A stretch of DNA of 64,000 nucleotides from the human T2T-CHM13v2.0 reference genome, Homo sapiens: the NCBI RefSeq assembly GCF_009914755.1, contig NC_060948.1. One strand, given 5' to 3'. Below, piece by piece: positions 34,127-62,427 of this stretch. A program made the position numbers and the translations under genes. The number at the start of each line of letters is the position of its first letter. The first letter of the stretch is position 1. The notes below the pieces were generated by a model. That model was not told the origin of the DNA and searched no databases. It worked only from the letters and a program-made list of their open reading frames with translations.

Positions 34127-34849
34127 TCTTGTATCTTAATTTTTTAAAAATGAATTCCTATAATGCAACCTAACCCTGAAAATATGGCTACTAAAGCATT
34201 TATGGAACACTTACTTTATGCTTGCCACAAGGTACATCTACTCATTCTATGAATTCTCATATGAGAATGGAGTGAGTTGAGAGGTGATGATTTCGAAGTA
34301 CATGCAAATCATTTTTTCTTTAATATATTTTCTTGTTTGAAAAGATGCAAATGGTGAAAATAGTGCTTTGGAAGATATTTTCTTTATTTGTCATTGGTAG
34401 TTCATTCTGGTACAGGTACACCCAACCTTTGGGCTCTTACTGGTGACATGTAGAAGTGAGCCGAAGGGCCCAAACCAAAACTGTTACTATAGTTTAAATA
34501 AGAAGGCCAGGGGTGGTGGCTCAAGCCTATAATACCAGCAGTTTGAGAGGCTGAGGTAGGAGGGCTGCCTGAGGCTGGGAGTTTTAGACTGCCACAGCCA
34601 ACATACTGAGACTGCATTTCAATTAAAAACAAAAAAAGCAGCTTTGTTTTTTGGTTTTTGTTTTTGAAATTAGTCTCACTTTGTCACCCAGGCTGGAGTG
34701 CAATGTCACCATCTCAGCTCTCTGCATCCTTGACCTCTTGGGCATGTAGTTGGGATTATAGGCATGTGCCACCATACTCATTTCTGTATTTTTTGTAGAG
34801 AGGGGTTTTTCCATGTTGCCCTGGGTGGTCTTGAAATCCTGAACTTGTG

Positions 34850-41380
<6,531 letters not shown>

Positions 41381-41750
41381 AAAACACAATCATCATAGCT
41401 CCTCATAGCTCCTTTGTGCCAATGTGAATCAATGCAATCAATTATTACATTGATTCTAACTTGTCCTAAAAAGCCAGAGCAACATGAGGATGTCTGTTGG
41501 GTCCCTTATGGCTTATGGAGGGGGAAATTTCTGAGCCATTTTACAGACTCACAGATGGATTTCCAGGTACTTCCTAGCTGACCAAAATAGTGCACAGGAA
41601 TCTAGGCCAGGATTATGTGAGTTGGTGGAGTCATTGCTTGTGCTAAGCACTATGACAAATATTCATAGATGAACAAAGTTACTAGAAACAATAATGATAC
41701 CAATTTGTAATAGGGATCTGATCCAGAAACTTACCTTTTCTGGTAACTAA

Positions 41751-42700
<950 letters not shown>

Positions 42701-43305
42701 GGAATTTAAACAAAATTCCAGAATTTTCTTTAAATATTACACAAATCTGTTATTATCATGAACGTGTTTACTTTCTTTTGGAATGCAAGTCTGAAATTTA
42801 TTTCATTCTTGCTTTGGGAAGCTAAAGGAATAGCTCTTCTTAGCCAACTCTGTAGCTTTTTTTTCATATGGTGCAGCAGATTTCATCTTAAATCATCAGA
42901 AGAATTTTTCTGTCTTGCCATTTTTGCCCAATAATTTGCTCATCCTGACCCAAAAGCAGACGTATTAGCTGATATAAATCAATATCCAGCAATATAAAAT
43001 GGGCCAACTGCTGTACATTCCTGGGCAAATTTATGGAGTCCTCCTCAGTCACCCTGGCAAACTTTTTGGCTATTGCATGCAACTCAGTGGGACCAGAGAG
43101 TGTAAGAAGCCACTAATAGATTCTGTTTATTATTGAGTGGTGTTGAAATGCATACGCAGGAATTGGAGGAAGGATGGGAAAGCCTTCTGCTCCCTTGTTT
43201 GGGGGCTTGTAGACAAGTTTAGGTTCAGCTGTTTTAGGTGACTGTAAAGGGGAAAGAATTGTAATTTTAGAATTTACAAATGTTGGAGATGGACATTCCT
43301 GTTAA

Positions 43306-43615
<310 letters not shown>

Positions 43616-45189
43616 TAAATTTTTATTCTAATTTTATTTTTATTTTTTTTTTACTCTAGAAGGGTAGAGACATACTGTCTTGCGGAGAAGGTATATTCGA
43701 TTTAGTGGACTTTTTAAGGCTTCTGAGTGCTAATTAAATTACACTTCCATACCCTTTACTCATTCTGAGAAGTGCAACCCTTTTTATTTTCAAGGTGTTG
43801 TCTTCAAAAAATAGTTTGAAAAGGCCAAATGAGCCCCAAAGGGACTACTGCAACTCCAAACTATTGTTAGTCAAACAGAGCCTTTTAGATAAAAACACAT
43901 AATTTAGATTAAAAACCCATAACACCTAAACCTATAACAATCTAGATTCCCTCTGGAGAGAGAGGAACTTTCAGTTTGCTTAAAACAAAGGCTTTTATCC
44001 TTTCCTTGTCTGAACTTAAAATGGAAACAAGCAAAAAGACTGACAAGGAGCGATGCCAACAAATCCTGAACAAAAGAGAGATCTCAATCAATATGAAAGT
44101 TGTTTGGCATGCAAGAGAGCTTATCACTCCTGGTACCAAAGGACACTAAGATCCCAAAGTGCAACAAGGTTTCAGTAGGTACCTCATGGATGACCAAGAC
44201 CCCTGGAACCATGAAGGATAAAGTCACTTTGCAACCATGCTCCTGACACCAACTGTGAACCCTAAAAAGAAAGACAGAATCAACCAATCAAACACAAATA
44301 AGCATTTACTCTGAAATGGATGTTGCAACCTGGGTAGCAGTTAGAGACTGTACCACCTGAGAGGGTGTGGGGGCTTACATTTAAAGGAACTTATTTAGAC
44401 TATGTAAATTGTCTCATTATTTTATTGGTGGATTCAACAATTAAGTCTGTAATCATTAGTAGAGTAAGTGTAGTTGTGTTAATCCAAAGAAAAGCACATA
44501 TAGAATGTTTGTCAGTATTAGGACCAGTTTCTTTATATTGCATATGGTTGAAAATATGGTTGTTGTGAAAGAAGTGTGTTTCAGCATTCCTTTCTGTTTT
44601 TCAGTATTCAAGAGTAGTTCAATATGGCATTGGTAGCCTAAGATGGAGTCACTGACGGAAAGTTGGAAGCACTTCTAAGCTCACAGTAGCATGCCAAGAC
44701 TGGGCATGGAAGTCGAGTGTATCTTTTGTAATAAGGCAGCAATCATGGGTATTTTTCTGGCTTCTCTTTTAGCCATTCCAGGGAATTATTGGACTTGAGG
44801 AGAGAATTATGGGAAACTAATATGTAGCCAGTCTGTCAGTAGTACAGATTTCTTGGGACTAAGAACTCATATATTAAATAGGCATAACTCTATTTAAATC
44901 TGTGGAGTGTTCCGAAACTCCAGTTATTTAGTGTTGGAAATAATTGATAGTTCACAATGGGTAGCTCCAGGAGTTAAAAAAAAAAAAAAAGAGAGAGAGA
45001 TAGAGACAGATATGAATTCAATGGTTGGACAATAGTTGGTGTTCAGAAAATTGAATAATTGGTAATTGATGTATTCAGATTTGTTTCTCTTAATTTTATT
45101 CTAATCATTTGTGTCTTTCAAGGTATTTGTTTCATTTAATTTTTCTCCAGGGTTGATAGTAATGTCCCTTCTGATATCTCTGATTCTAA

Positions 45190-45938
45190 TGTTACAGGTG
45201 GTTCTTTGTTCTTAGAGCTACCAAGATGGTGGCTGGCTGCTCCCAAGATGGCCTTTTGTTTTCTGACCTGGGGTTCTTGGCCTCATGGATTCCAAGGAAT
45301 GGAACCTTGGGGCAGGTGGTGAGTTATAGCTCTATTAGAAGTCGTGGGTCACAGAAGAGAACTGTGGAACCCAGCAACGAGTGTTCAGCTCAATTAGGAC
45401 GAACCTGGGCACTTAGCCGCACAGGAACAATGACAAGCCTCTAGGCAGATTGGGAGTGGCAATGGGTGCCTTGCTGAATCAGAAGCACATTGGACACCCT
45501 GCTGGATCTGGAGGGGTGGAAGTCACGGGTCTATGATGGCGGCGATCAGCAGTGGTGAACGGTGAGTGAAAGCTCAGCTTGTGCTGGACAAACACAGACC
45601 AGAAGAGTGTGGTGTTGCAAGATTTAATAGAGTGAAAACAGATCTCCCATATAATTGGAAGGGACCCAAAGGGGGTTGCCTGATCTGGCTTGAATGCCTG
45701 GATTTATATCCCGATCATTTTCCCTCCCCCTGTGCTCTCAGGCTATAGATGATTTGACTATTTCTTTACCTCCTGCTTTTAGCCTAATTAGTATTTTAGT
45801 GAGCTCTCTTTATTACCTGATTGGTTGGATGTGAGCTGAGTTACAAGCCCCCTGTTTATTGATGGGTGCAGTCACCTTCCCCATAGAGGCTTAGGAATTC
45901 TTAGTCGGCCTAGGAAATCCAGCTAGTCCTGTTTCTCA
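45190..45938 (-). mobile_element. LTR17 solo LTR, HERV-W
   Basis: Minus strand starts TGAGAAACAGGACTAGCTGGATTTCCTAGGCCGACTAAGAATTCCTAAGCC and ends ..CCTGTAACA (749 bp). 4-bp TSD ctaa/ctag. Sits in old antisense L1. Confidence 0.88.
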
Positions 45939-46499
45939 CTAGTTATATGAAACTTTTCATGTAAAATTTGTCAATTTTGTTATTTTTTATACAGCCAGCA
46001 TTTTGTTTTATTGATTGTCTCTACTATTCTCAGTTTCACTGAATCCACCCTAATCGTTATTATTTTCTATCTTATGCTTGTTTGTGGTTTGGTTTTGCTT
46101 TTCTTTTGCAGTGTCACTAGATAGAAGGTTAGGTTATTGATCTGAGGTCTTCTCATTTAATGTAGGCATTTACTGCCAAACTTTTTCTCTAAGTCATGCT
46201 TTAGATGCATTTTGCAAGTTTTGGTGTGTCAATTTTTTTCATTTATTTTTAAAGTATTTTCTGTTTTCCCTTTTGATTTTCTTCTCATAATGTCAAGTAA
46301 AAATTATAGGATGTTATTGAACTATGCTTCTGCAGTAGGTCCGAAAAGACCAGACTAAAAATTAAACTGGGGTCACACATGCTAATGTTCCGCATCCCCA
46401 AATGTGAATTAAATTATCTGACCTTCCAACAAATAAAAAGAGAAATGACAGTCAATTTCCCAAACAAGCCAGTTTTAAATTTTCAGGGTCTAGTTCAAA

Positions 46500-49400
46500 A
46501 ACGATGCTGTAAAATCGAGCTGACTTACAGACATACAGCACCAAGATGATCATCAGCAACATCCCAGAACTCAAATGTGAGGACAAGACAGATGCAAGGA
46601 TCACAGAAAAGTGAAAGACAAGGGAGACATATCCATGAGGATAGGCAGAAACAAAGAGGAGCAGTGAGATTACCATCCCTATCCCTGGAAAATGTGCTCT
46701 GTAACTTGGCCAAAGAGATGCCAAATCAGAGTGGCTTGTCAGGAGCACTATGATGCAAGAAGTGCATTTCATAGGTACCCTGGCCAAAAATGCCTAGGTA
46801 GCATTCCCACTCTGCTGGGATATCCCCTTTGGAACCTCCCTCATTCAAACTGGGCAGTACTCGAATTATTTAATACACCCAAGCAAACCTGGGCTTAAGA
46901 TACAAACTAGAGTTAAAAAGAGGCAGCAACTTAGCAGTAAAGAATTTAAGCAAATATATCCAATAAAAAGCAAAAGAAGCCAGACGGGTAAGACTGCAAT
47001 ATGTAACCTATCCTTCAATGCAAAGACATGCATAAGAAACAACAGCAAAGAGGAAACTATGACCTTTCCAAACAGAGAAAACAAGAAAAAAGTGACTGAC
47101 TCTAACAAGATGCCAATATGTGAGCTCTCTAACCAATAATTCAAAGTAGAATTTTAAGGAAACTCAATAATCTTCAACACAATACAGAAAAGCCATCAAA
47201 AACTTATCAGAGAAATTTAATGGACATTCAAATATATAACTTTAAAAGCATGCAAATCTTGAAACTAATAAATACTTTTGATAAACTGAAAAATTTGTTA
47301 GAGGTTCTTAACAGCAGGATGGATTCAGCAGAATAAGGAATTAGCTCGTAAACAGGCTATTTGAAAACACACAGAGGAAAATTAAAAAAAAAAAGGATAA
47401 AAAGGAATAGAAAATTACCTCAAAGAAAAAACAAACTTCAGAATTATTGGTGTTCAAGACAAAGTTGAGCAACAGCAAGGGGTGGGGGACTTATTCAAAT
47501 AAATAGTAATAAAAAAGTTTCCAAAATTTAACAAGATGTATTCATGTACGAGAAGTTCAGAGAACAACAAACAGATTCAATTCAAAGAAGTCTACCCCAA
47601 GGCATATAACAATAAAACTCTAAAAGATCAAAGACAGAGAGGGGACCCTAAAAGCAGCAAGAGAAAACCAAATAACATCAAGGAGCTCAGAATTTTCTGG
47701 GAACAGACTTCTCAGCAGAGACCATACAGACCAGGAGAGAGCAGACAATATTTTCAAAGGGCTAAAAACAGGGGAAAAGACACACACACACACACACACA
47801 CACACACCCCTACCATCCAAGAATACTGTGTTCAAAAAGCTAGTCTTTACATATGAAGGAGAGATAAATTGTTATTCAGAGTGACAAATCAGAGAAGTCA
47901 ACACCATCAGAACTACTTTACAAGACATGCTAAAAATAACTCTTCTTCTTTGGCCAGGGTACCTGTGAAATAATAAAGCACCATGCAAAAAGAATGAATT
48001 TGACTGTATAAAAGCCACTGGTTAAATTTAGTACACAGACAAACTGAGAAATGTAATTGTAATATGCAATTCACTTCTAATTGTAGTAGGAAGTCCAAAT
48101 GTTGATAGCTACAATAACATGTTGAGGTGAGTAATATAAAAATATATAAATTGATACAAATAAAAGTCAAAATGTAGAGGTGATTGAATTAATGTCCAGA
48201 ATTTTTCTTTATGCCTTTGTTTCTGTATAATCTAAAATTAGTCGTCTTCACTTAAAATAACTTACTGTAAGATTTTTTTTTTGTAAGCCTCATGGTAACC
48301 ACAATGCAAACATCTTTAAGAGACAATCTGAAAAGCAATGAATTAAGCCACAGTACCAGAGACAATCACTTAACCACAAAGAAAGACAGTGAGAAAGGGA
48401 AAACAGTTTAAAAAGAATGTGAAAACTTGCCACAAAATGGCAGTAGTAAGTGCTTTTTTTAAAAAAAATATTTTTTTGAGACAGGATCTTCTTCTGTCAC
48501 CCAGCAGAGGGCAGTGGCAAAATCATGACTCACTGCAGCTTCACCAAACCCAGTGTAAGTCCTTCATAACAGTGGATGTAATTGGAATCAATTGATCAGT
48601 TAAAAGGCATAGAGTGGCTGAATGGATTCAGAAATGAGACCCAATTTTATGCTACCTACAAGAAACCCACTTTACCTATAGAGACACAGAGACTGAAAAC
48701 AAACAAGTGGGAGAAAATATTCCATGCAATTGGAAAGCAAAAATGAGTAGAAGTAGTTATGATTATGTCAGATTAAATAAATGACTAATCAAACACAAAA
48801 AGAAACAAAAAAAGGTCACTATATAATGATTCAGCAAGAGGATATAACAGTTACAAATACATTTGCACACAACACCAGAGCTTCCAAGTATATACAGCAA
48901 ATAATGGATCTCAAGGGAGAGACAGAATGCAAATAATAATAGTAGGTGACTATGAATCCATTCTCAGTAATGATGGATTCACACAGAAAATCAACAAAGA
49001 AATATCAGAGTTAAACAGTGTACTAGACATAATAGGCTTAAATGACATTTACAGAACATTTTATCCAACTGCTGCACAGAATTTTATCAGCACGTGAAAT
49101 ATTCTGCAGAAGAGATTATATCTTAGGCCACTTAACAAGTCTGAAAAAACTCAAAAAAATAAAAATAATATCAGGTATCTTGTCTGACCACAGTGGAATA
49201 TCACTAGAAATCTGTAACAAGAAGAATCTTGGGAAATACACAAATACGTGGAAGCTAAACACTATGTTCCTGAATGACCAGTTGGTCAGCATAGAAATTA
49301 AGGAAACATTTATTTTTTTTTTCTTTTATTGAAGTCAAAAGACAGTGAAGAAATTTAATTTTTTTGAAGCAAAGGAACATGGAACTACAACACACCAAAT

Positions 49401-50504
49401 TCTGTGTTTAGCAAAAACAGTACTAAGCTGTACTAAATGGGAAGTTTATAGCAATGAACAACTATATTGAAAAAGTAAGAAGACATCAAAATAACAACCT
49501 AATGGTTCACCTCAAGGAACTAGGAAAGTAAGAACAAACCAAACCCAAGTAGAAAGAAGAAATAATAAAGATCACAGCATATATAAATAAAATTGAGAAA
49601 ATACAAAATATTAATGAAATAATTGTTTTTAAAGATAAATTGACAAAACCTTATCAGACTAAGAAAAGAGGAGATTGAATAAAATCAGAAATAAAAAAGA
49701 TGTAACAACTGAGACCACCGAATACAGACCCTGGATACGTACAAGTTCCAAGGTGAACCATGATGATATGGAAAACCTCAACACACCAGTAATGAGTAAT
49801 GTTATTAAAGCCATAAGAAAAAGTCATCCGTGAAAGAAAAGCACAAAATTGATGCCTTCACTGCTAAATTCTATGAAACATCTAAGGAAGAACAAATATC
49901 AGTTCTACTCAAACTCCTTAAAAGTAAATGGAAGAGGAGGGAATACTTCCAAACTCATTCTGTAGGTTTAGCATTACCCTGATACCGAAACCAGACGGGA
50001 ACACAACAAAAAGAGAAAAACTACATGCCAGTAGCACTGATAAACTTAGATGCAAAAAATCCTCAATAAATTACTAAGAAGCCAAATTTGACATTAAGAA
50101 TATTATTTACCATGATCAAATGTCCTATATCCCAGGGATGAAATAATGGTTCAACATACACAAATCGGTAAATGTGATACATTAACAGAAGAAAGAACAA
50201 AAACCACATGATTATTTCAACGGATGCAAAATAAAAGCTCTTAAATAAAATTTAACAACACTTTATGACAAAAGACTTAAACTGGCCGTAGAAGTAATGA
50301 TATACCTCAAAATAATACAGGACATGTTTACATCTAAACAGTAACTTTATGGACAAATTTACAGCTAAAATCATATTTTACAGAAAAAAAAATTGGAGGT
50401 CTTTTTTTGTAAAATCTGTAACAAGAGAAGATGCTCACTTTTACCACTTTACTATAATACTAGAAGTCCTGGCCAGAGGAGTCAGGCTTGAAAAAGAAAT
50501 AAAG
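46500..50504 (+). mobile_element. Old L1M (ORF1-ORF2, degenerate)
   Basis: EN/RT remnants (tgctacctacaagaaacccac; FTEHFIQL..ILSDHSGISLEI..NTWKLN; atactagaagtcctggccagag). (CA)n at about 47780-47807. Confidence 0.75.
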
Positions 50505-50803
50505 GGGTTGGGCGTGGTGGCTCACGCTTGTAATCCCAGCACTTTGGGAGGCTGAGAGGGGGGCATCGCGAGATCAGGAGATCGAGACCATCCTGGCTAA
50601 CACCGTGAAACCCCATCTCTACTAAATATAAAAAAAATTAGCCGGGCGTGGCAGCGTGGGCTTGTAGTCCCAGCTACTTGGGAGGCTCAGGCAGGAGAAT
50701 GGCGTGAACCCGGGAGGTGGAGCTTGCAGTGAGCTGAGATCAGCGCCACTGCACTCCAGCCTGGGCAACTAAGCGAGACTCTGTCTCAGAAAAAAAAAAA
50801 AAA
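50505..50803 (+). mobile_element. AluY
   Basis: Full Alu with Y diagnostics; the L1 does not resume after it. Confidence 0.88.
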
Positions 50804-51344
50804 AGATTGATATTCATAATGTGTAAAATGTGTCTACAAAAAAAGGAGAAGGAAGAGCAACTCCAAAAAAAACAAACAAACAAAAAAAAAAAAAACAAGA
50901 ACAACAACAACAAAGCAACAGGTTGTTCCAAGGAAATTTTCAGAAAAGAAAAATTGCATAGCTAATATACCACAAAGAAATTATAAAATTAAAACAATGT
51001 TAGCATTTCACAGTTCCTGGGTTGACAGACATAAACAGTATCAAGAGTTGGTTGGCTAAGGAGCAGGGAATGGAGAACACTCTTCTTGCTTGAAAGAATG
51101 ACTCCTGGTATACTGGGCATATTATGGTAAAATAATGTAAAAACCATTAGTAAATGGTTTTTACTAATGTAAACCCATTAGTTTTATGGCTTAATGAAAC
51201 AGGACAAATTATTTTATAAAACTGATATATATAATCATATTTTAATAAACATAGACATAGACCCTACAAGCTTTGAAACTTGAGAACGTTTAATTTGTCT
51301 TATCTGAATTCCTTTCTCAGAAAACTAACCATCTGGCCTCCCAG

Positions 51345-52765
51345 GTTTCAGACACATAGTTTGTGAAGATTTTTCTCCCACTCTGTGTGTTGTCTGTTTT
51401 CTCTATTGATTATTTCTTTTGCATTGCAGAGGAGCTTTTTAGTTTAATTAGGTTACATCTATTTATTTTTGTTTTTTTAAATTATTTGTATTGAGTTTGC
51501 TTTTGTGTTCTTGGTCATGAACTCTTTGCCTAAGCCAATGTCTAGAAGGGTTTTTCCAATGTTATCTTCTAGAATTTTTATGGTTTTATGTTTTAGATTT
51601 AAGGCTTTGATTCATCTTCAGTTGACTTTTGTGTAAGGGGAGAGTTGAGGATCCAGTTTCATTCTTCCACATGTGGCTTACCAGTTATCCCAGCACCATT
51701 TATTTAATATGGTGTCTTTTTCCTTCCTATGTTTTTGTTTCCTTTGTGGAAGATCAGTTGGCTGAAAATATTTGGCTTTATTTCTGGGTTCTCTATTTTT
51801 TCCATTGGTCTTTGTGCCTGTATTTATACCAATACCGAGACAGCCAGGGGGTAGGGAGTCCCTGGAGAAACGCCAACCAGTCTGCCCACTGAAGTGGGGG
51901 GAGGCTCTGGGAGCTCATCACGTTTACAGCTGGGAGGAACCTGGCTCCTCGTCTTCTAGGAGGGGAATCTGGCCTTGTGAAAGATCCCTGTTTCCCTTTA
52001 TTTTCCCCTTTCACCCAATAAAACCCTCCATTATTCACCCTTTAAACCACCTGTCAACCCAAATTTCTGTGGCTGTGGGATGGACAGGAAACCAGTCTTT
52101 AGCTGAACTAATGAAAAGTCCTGCAACAATACCATAGCTGTTTTGGTAATTATAGCCTTGTAGTATAGTTTGAAGTTGGGTACTGTGACACCTCCAGATT
52201 TGTTCTTTTTGCTTAGTGTTGCTTTAGCTATGAGGGCTCTTTTTTGTTTCCATATGAATTTTAGGATTGTTTTTTTCTAGTTCTGTGAGGAAAGATAGTG
52301 GTATTTTGATGGGAATTGCATCAAAAATTTGTATATTGCTTTGATACTATACTCATTTTCACAATATTGATTCTACCCATCCAGGAGCATGGAATGTGTT
52401 TCCATTTGTTTGTGTTATCGTCTGTGATTTTTTTCAGCAGTGTATTGTAGTTTTCCTTGTAGAGATCTTTCACATCCTTGGTTAGGTATATTTCTAAGTA
52501 TTTTAACTTATTTTTTGGCAGCTGTCATAAAAGTGATTGAGTTATTGATTTGAATCTTAGCTTGGTCATTGTTGGTGTGTGCACTGTGTGCATTGATTTT
52601 GTATCATGAAACTTTACTGAATTCATTTATTGGATCTAGGAGCTTTTTGGATGAGTCTTTAGGGTTTTCTAGGTATACAATCATATCATCACTGAACAGT
52701 GACAGTTTGACTTTCTATGTATTGATTTGGATGCCCTTTGTTTCTTTCTGTTGTTTGATTGGCTA
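51345..52765 (-). mobile_element. L1PB/L1MA ORF2 fragment, antisense
   Basis: Antisense of the ORF2 C-terminal region (ccagttatcccagcaccattta, gccttgtagtatagtttgaag). Confidence 0.8.
51836..52128 (+). mobile_element. Short ERV1 solo LTR, MER61-like, inside L1
   Basis: (c)GAGACAGCCAGG..GTCCCTGGAGAAAC..AATAAA..TTAGCTGAACTAATGAAAAGTCCTGCAACA with 4-bp TSD atac. Confidence 0.7.
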
Positions 52766-52963
52766 ATACCTATTCACTTTCCCACAGTGGTTTGAAATTC
52801 TGGAGGCAGCAACTACTAAACATCAAATTACAGTATTTTAACTTGTTAAATGCTAGAGAGAACTGCAGTAGACATTCTGCATTGTAAATATTCTATTAAC
52901 TACTATTCGTGCTGTTAAGTTACAGAGTTTTGACTTCTGGGTCTGAAAAAGGCAGCTACTTCC

Positions 52964-54808
<1,845 letters not shown>

Positions 54809-55285
54809 TTAAGCCATCTGTGAACCTAAATTTCTGTGGCTGTGGGACGGACAGGAGCCCAGTCTTTAGCTGAACTAATGAAAAGTCCTGCAACAATACC
54901 ATAGCTGTTTTGGTAATTAAAGCCTTGTAGTATAGTTTGAAGTTGGGTACTGTGACACCTCCAGATTTGTTCTTTTTGCTTAGTGTTGCTTTAGCTATGA
55001 GGGCTCTTTTTTGTTTCCATACTAATCAATCAAAATGCACGGTTCTTGTGAAACAGAGGTCCAGAAATCAAAACTATTCAATCCATATAGGCCCAGGGAC
55101 TATTGTGGAAGATGGATGATTCTGATTCTTTGAATTATCTGAAAATTAGTTGAGAGATTTTCTATATATTAAACATTAATGTCAAAAGCACACTGATGTA
55201 AGTCCAGGACCTGGTCCTCTGTGTCAGAATAACAGGGTTTTCTTGGAGCATTGATCTGCTCTTTAATAAAAAATTGTAAATGGTT

Positions 55286-60295
<5,010 letters not shown>

Positions 60296-60414
60296 AAAAT
60301 TGTAAATGATTATTAAAGGCTTATGAAATATTTACCTTATAATAATCTAATTTAAAAAAATATGGTGTCAGTCAATTCTAACTATTCACTATTTCCTTAT
60401 AGCAATTGACTTCA

Positions 60415-60661
60415 GAGTTCCATTAAACCTCTTTTTCTTTATAAATTGCCCAGTCTCAGGTATGTGTTTATCAGCAGCAAGAAAATGGACATACAAAAAC
60501 CATCAGATCTTGTGATACTCACTCATTTTCATGAAAACAGTATGGGGAAAATCTCATGATCCATTCACTTTTCACTGTGTCCCTCCCACAGCAGGTGGGG
60601 ATTATAGGGATTACAATTTGAGGTTACAATGTGACACAGGGGACACAGCAAAATCATATCA
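60415..60661. mobile_element. THE1-type LTR pieces in opposite orientations
   Basis: 3' end on + (ccattaaacctctttttctttataaattgcccagtctc..ggacataca) joined to a 5' part on - (aaaaccatcagatc..catatca). Confidence 0.7.
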
Positions 60662-60744
60662 AATAGATTTGTTTATAAGGGTTTATTAAAATAGTTTAAT
60701 AATACAACAGAAAAAGGTAAAATTTGGTTTTCTCTTTTGAAATT

Positions 60745-61044
60745 ATTTTTTCTTTTCCTTTTTTTTAGGATCTCAGTTTGGCTTTCAGGCTGTAGAGCAT
60801 TGGTGTGATTGCAGGTTACTGCAGCCTCAACCTTCCAGGTTCAGATGATACCTCCACGTCAGCCCCCTGAGTAGCTGCAACTACAGGCATGAACCACCAC
60901 ACCCAGCTATTTTTTCTGTTTTTTGGTAGAGATAGGGTTTTCCTATGTTGCCCAGACTGGTCTCAAACTCCTGGGCTCAAGTGATCTGCCTGTTTCAATC
61001 TCCCAAAATGCTGAGATTATAGGCATGAGCCACTGTGCCTGGCC
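60745..61044 (-). mobile_element. AluJ
   Basis: Diverged antisense Alu. Confidence 0.8.
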
Positions 61045-61232
61045 TGAACAGAATTTGTGTGTAATATTAATTAGAAATGGTCCTGCTATTATGTATCTTT
61101 GGTGGAAGTAAGGGGCTGGAGAGAGAAAGATTGTGTTTCAGAAGAAAACTATAGTATTAATTTCACCTTTGATTCCCAGTTGGCCAAGAGGCCACCATCA
61201 TATGGAGCTACCGAAAATGCCCCTTCTCAGCA

Positions 61233-62037
61233 TTGTGAAAGGAAAATATCTTGGGTCCCTTCAAGGTAGTAACTACTCAGGGCAAATCTGCTTCCCATTA
61301 TATTCAAAGTCATCCTTCTGATCACTGAGTTAGATGCATATCTGATTGCCTCCTTTGGATAGGCTTCTCAGAAACTCAAAAGAATACAACCATTTGTCTC
61401 TCACCTACCTGTAACATGGAAGCCCCCTCCCTGCTTTGAGTTGTCCCTGCCCTTCTGGATGGAACCAATGTACTTCTTACATATATTGACTGATGTCTTA
61501 TTTCTCCCTGAAATGTATCAAACCAGGCTGTGCCCCAAACACCTTGGCCACATGTCATGAGGACATCCTGAGGCTATGTCATGGGTGTGTATCCTCAACT
61601 TTGGCAAATATACCTCCTTGAACTTGGAAAGTTTTAAAGTGTGTCTTATCAGAGTTCCTTTCTCAGGCAGCCCACCATCAGGCCTCCCATGTAGTATCAA
61701 GGAACTAAAACATAACTAGATTACTCCATTGGGATAATGAGATGCCAGACCCCTCACCCATTGCAATTGCATAACTGACCACTTGCTTCCTGTTGACCAA
61801 ATCATCTTCTTTACACCTCCATAATTTCTGTTTTTCTGCATGTGTTTATATTTTTTCCCTGCTATATAAACCTTTGACTTTAGTTGCTTGGCACGATGGA
61901 TTTGAGACTGAGCTCCTATCTTGTTGCCTGCAGCACCTGATTAAGCTTCTTCCCTATAAATATTTCTTGTTTTAGTAAATGGCTTCCTTTTCAGTGAGCA
62001 GCAGGACCTAGACTGAACCCCTGGCATTTTGGTAACA
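61233..62037 (+). mobile_element. MER4A/B-type LTR (to about 61615) followed by a MER39-like LTR part (to 62037)
   Basis: TGTGAAAGGAAAATATCTTGGG..GGGCAAATCTGCTTCCC..CAGAAACTCAAAAGAAT; second piece ends GAGCAGCAGGACCTAGACTGAACCCCTGGCATTTTGGTAACA. Confidence 0.65.
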
Positions 62038-62045
62038 TTAATCAT

Positions 62046-62427
62046 TGATATGGTTTAGCTATGTCCCCATCCAAATCTCATCTTGAATTATATAGTTCCC
62101 ATAATCCCCACATGTTGTGGGAGTGGCCTGGTGGGAGGTAACTGAATCATGGGAGCAGTTACCTGCTTGCTGCTTTTCTCATGATAGTGCATGAGTTCTC
62201 ATGAGATCTAATGGTTTTATATGGGGCTTTTCCCCCTTTTGCTTGGAACTTCTCCTCACTGCTGCCATGTAAAGAATGATGTGTTTGCTTACCCTTCCAC
62301 CATGATTGTAAATTTCCTGAGGCCTCCCTAGCCATTTTGAAATGTGAGTCAGGAAAGCCTCTTTTCTTTATAAATTACCCAGTCTCAGGTGTGTCTTTAT
62401 TAGCAACATGAGAATGGACTAATAACA
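62046..62427 (+). mobile_element. THE1 (MaLR) solo LTR
   Basis: TGATATGGTTTAGCTATGTCCCC..AAATCTCATCTTGAATT..AATGGACTAATAACA; 5-bp TSD atc(a/c)t. Confidence 0.85.
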
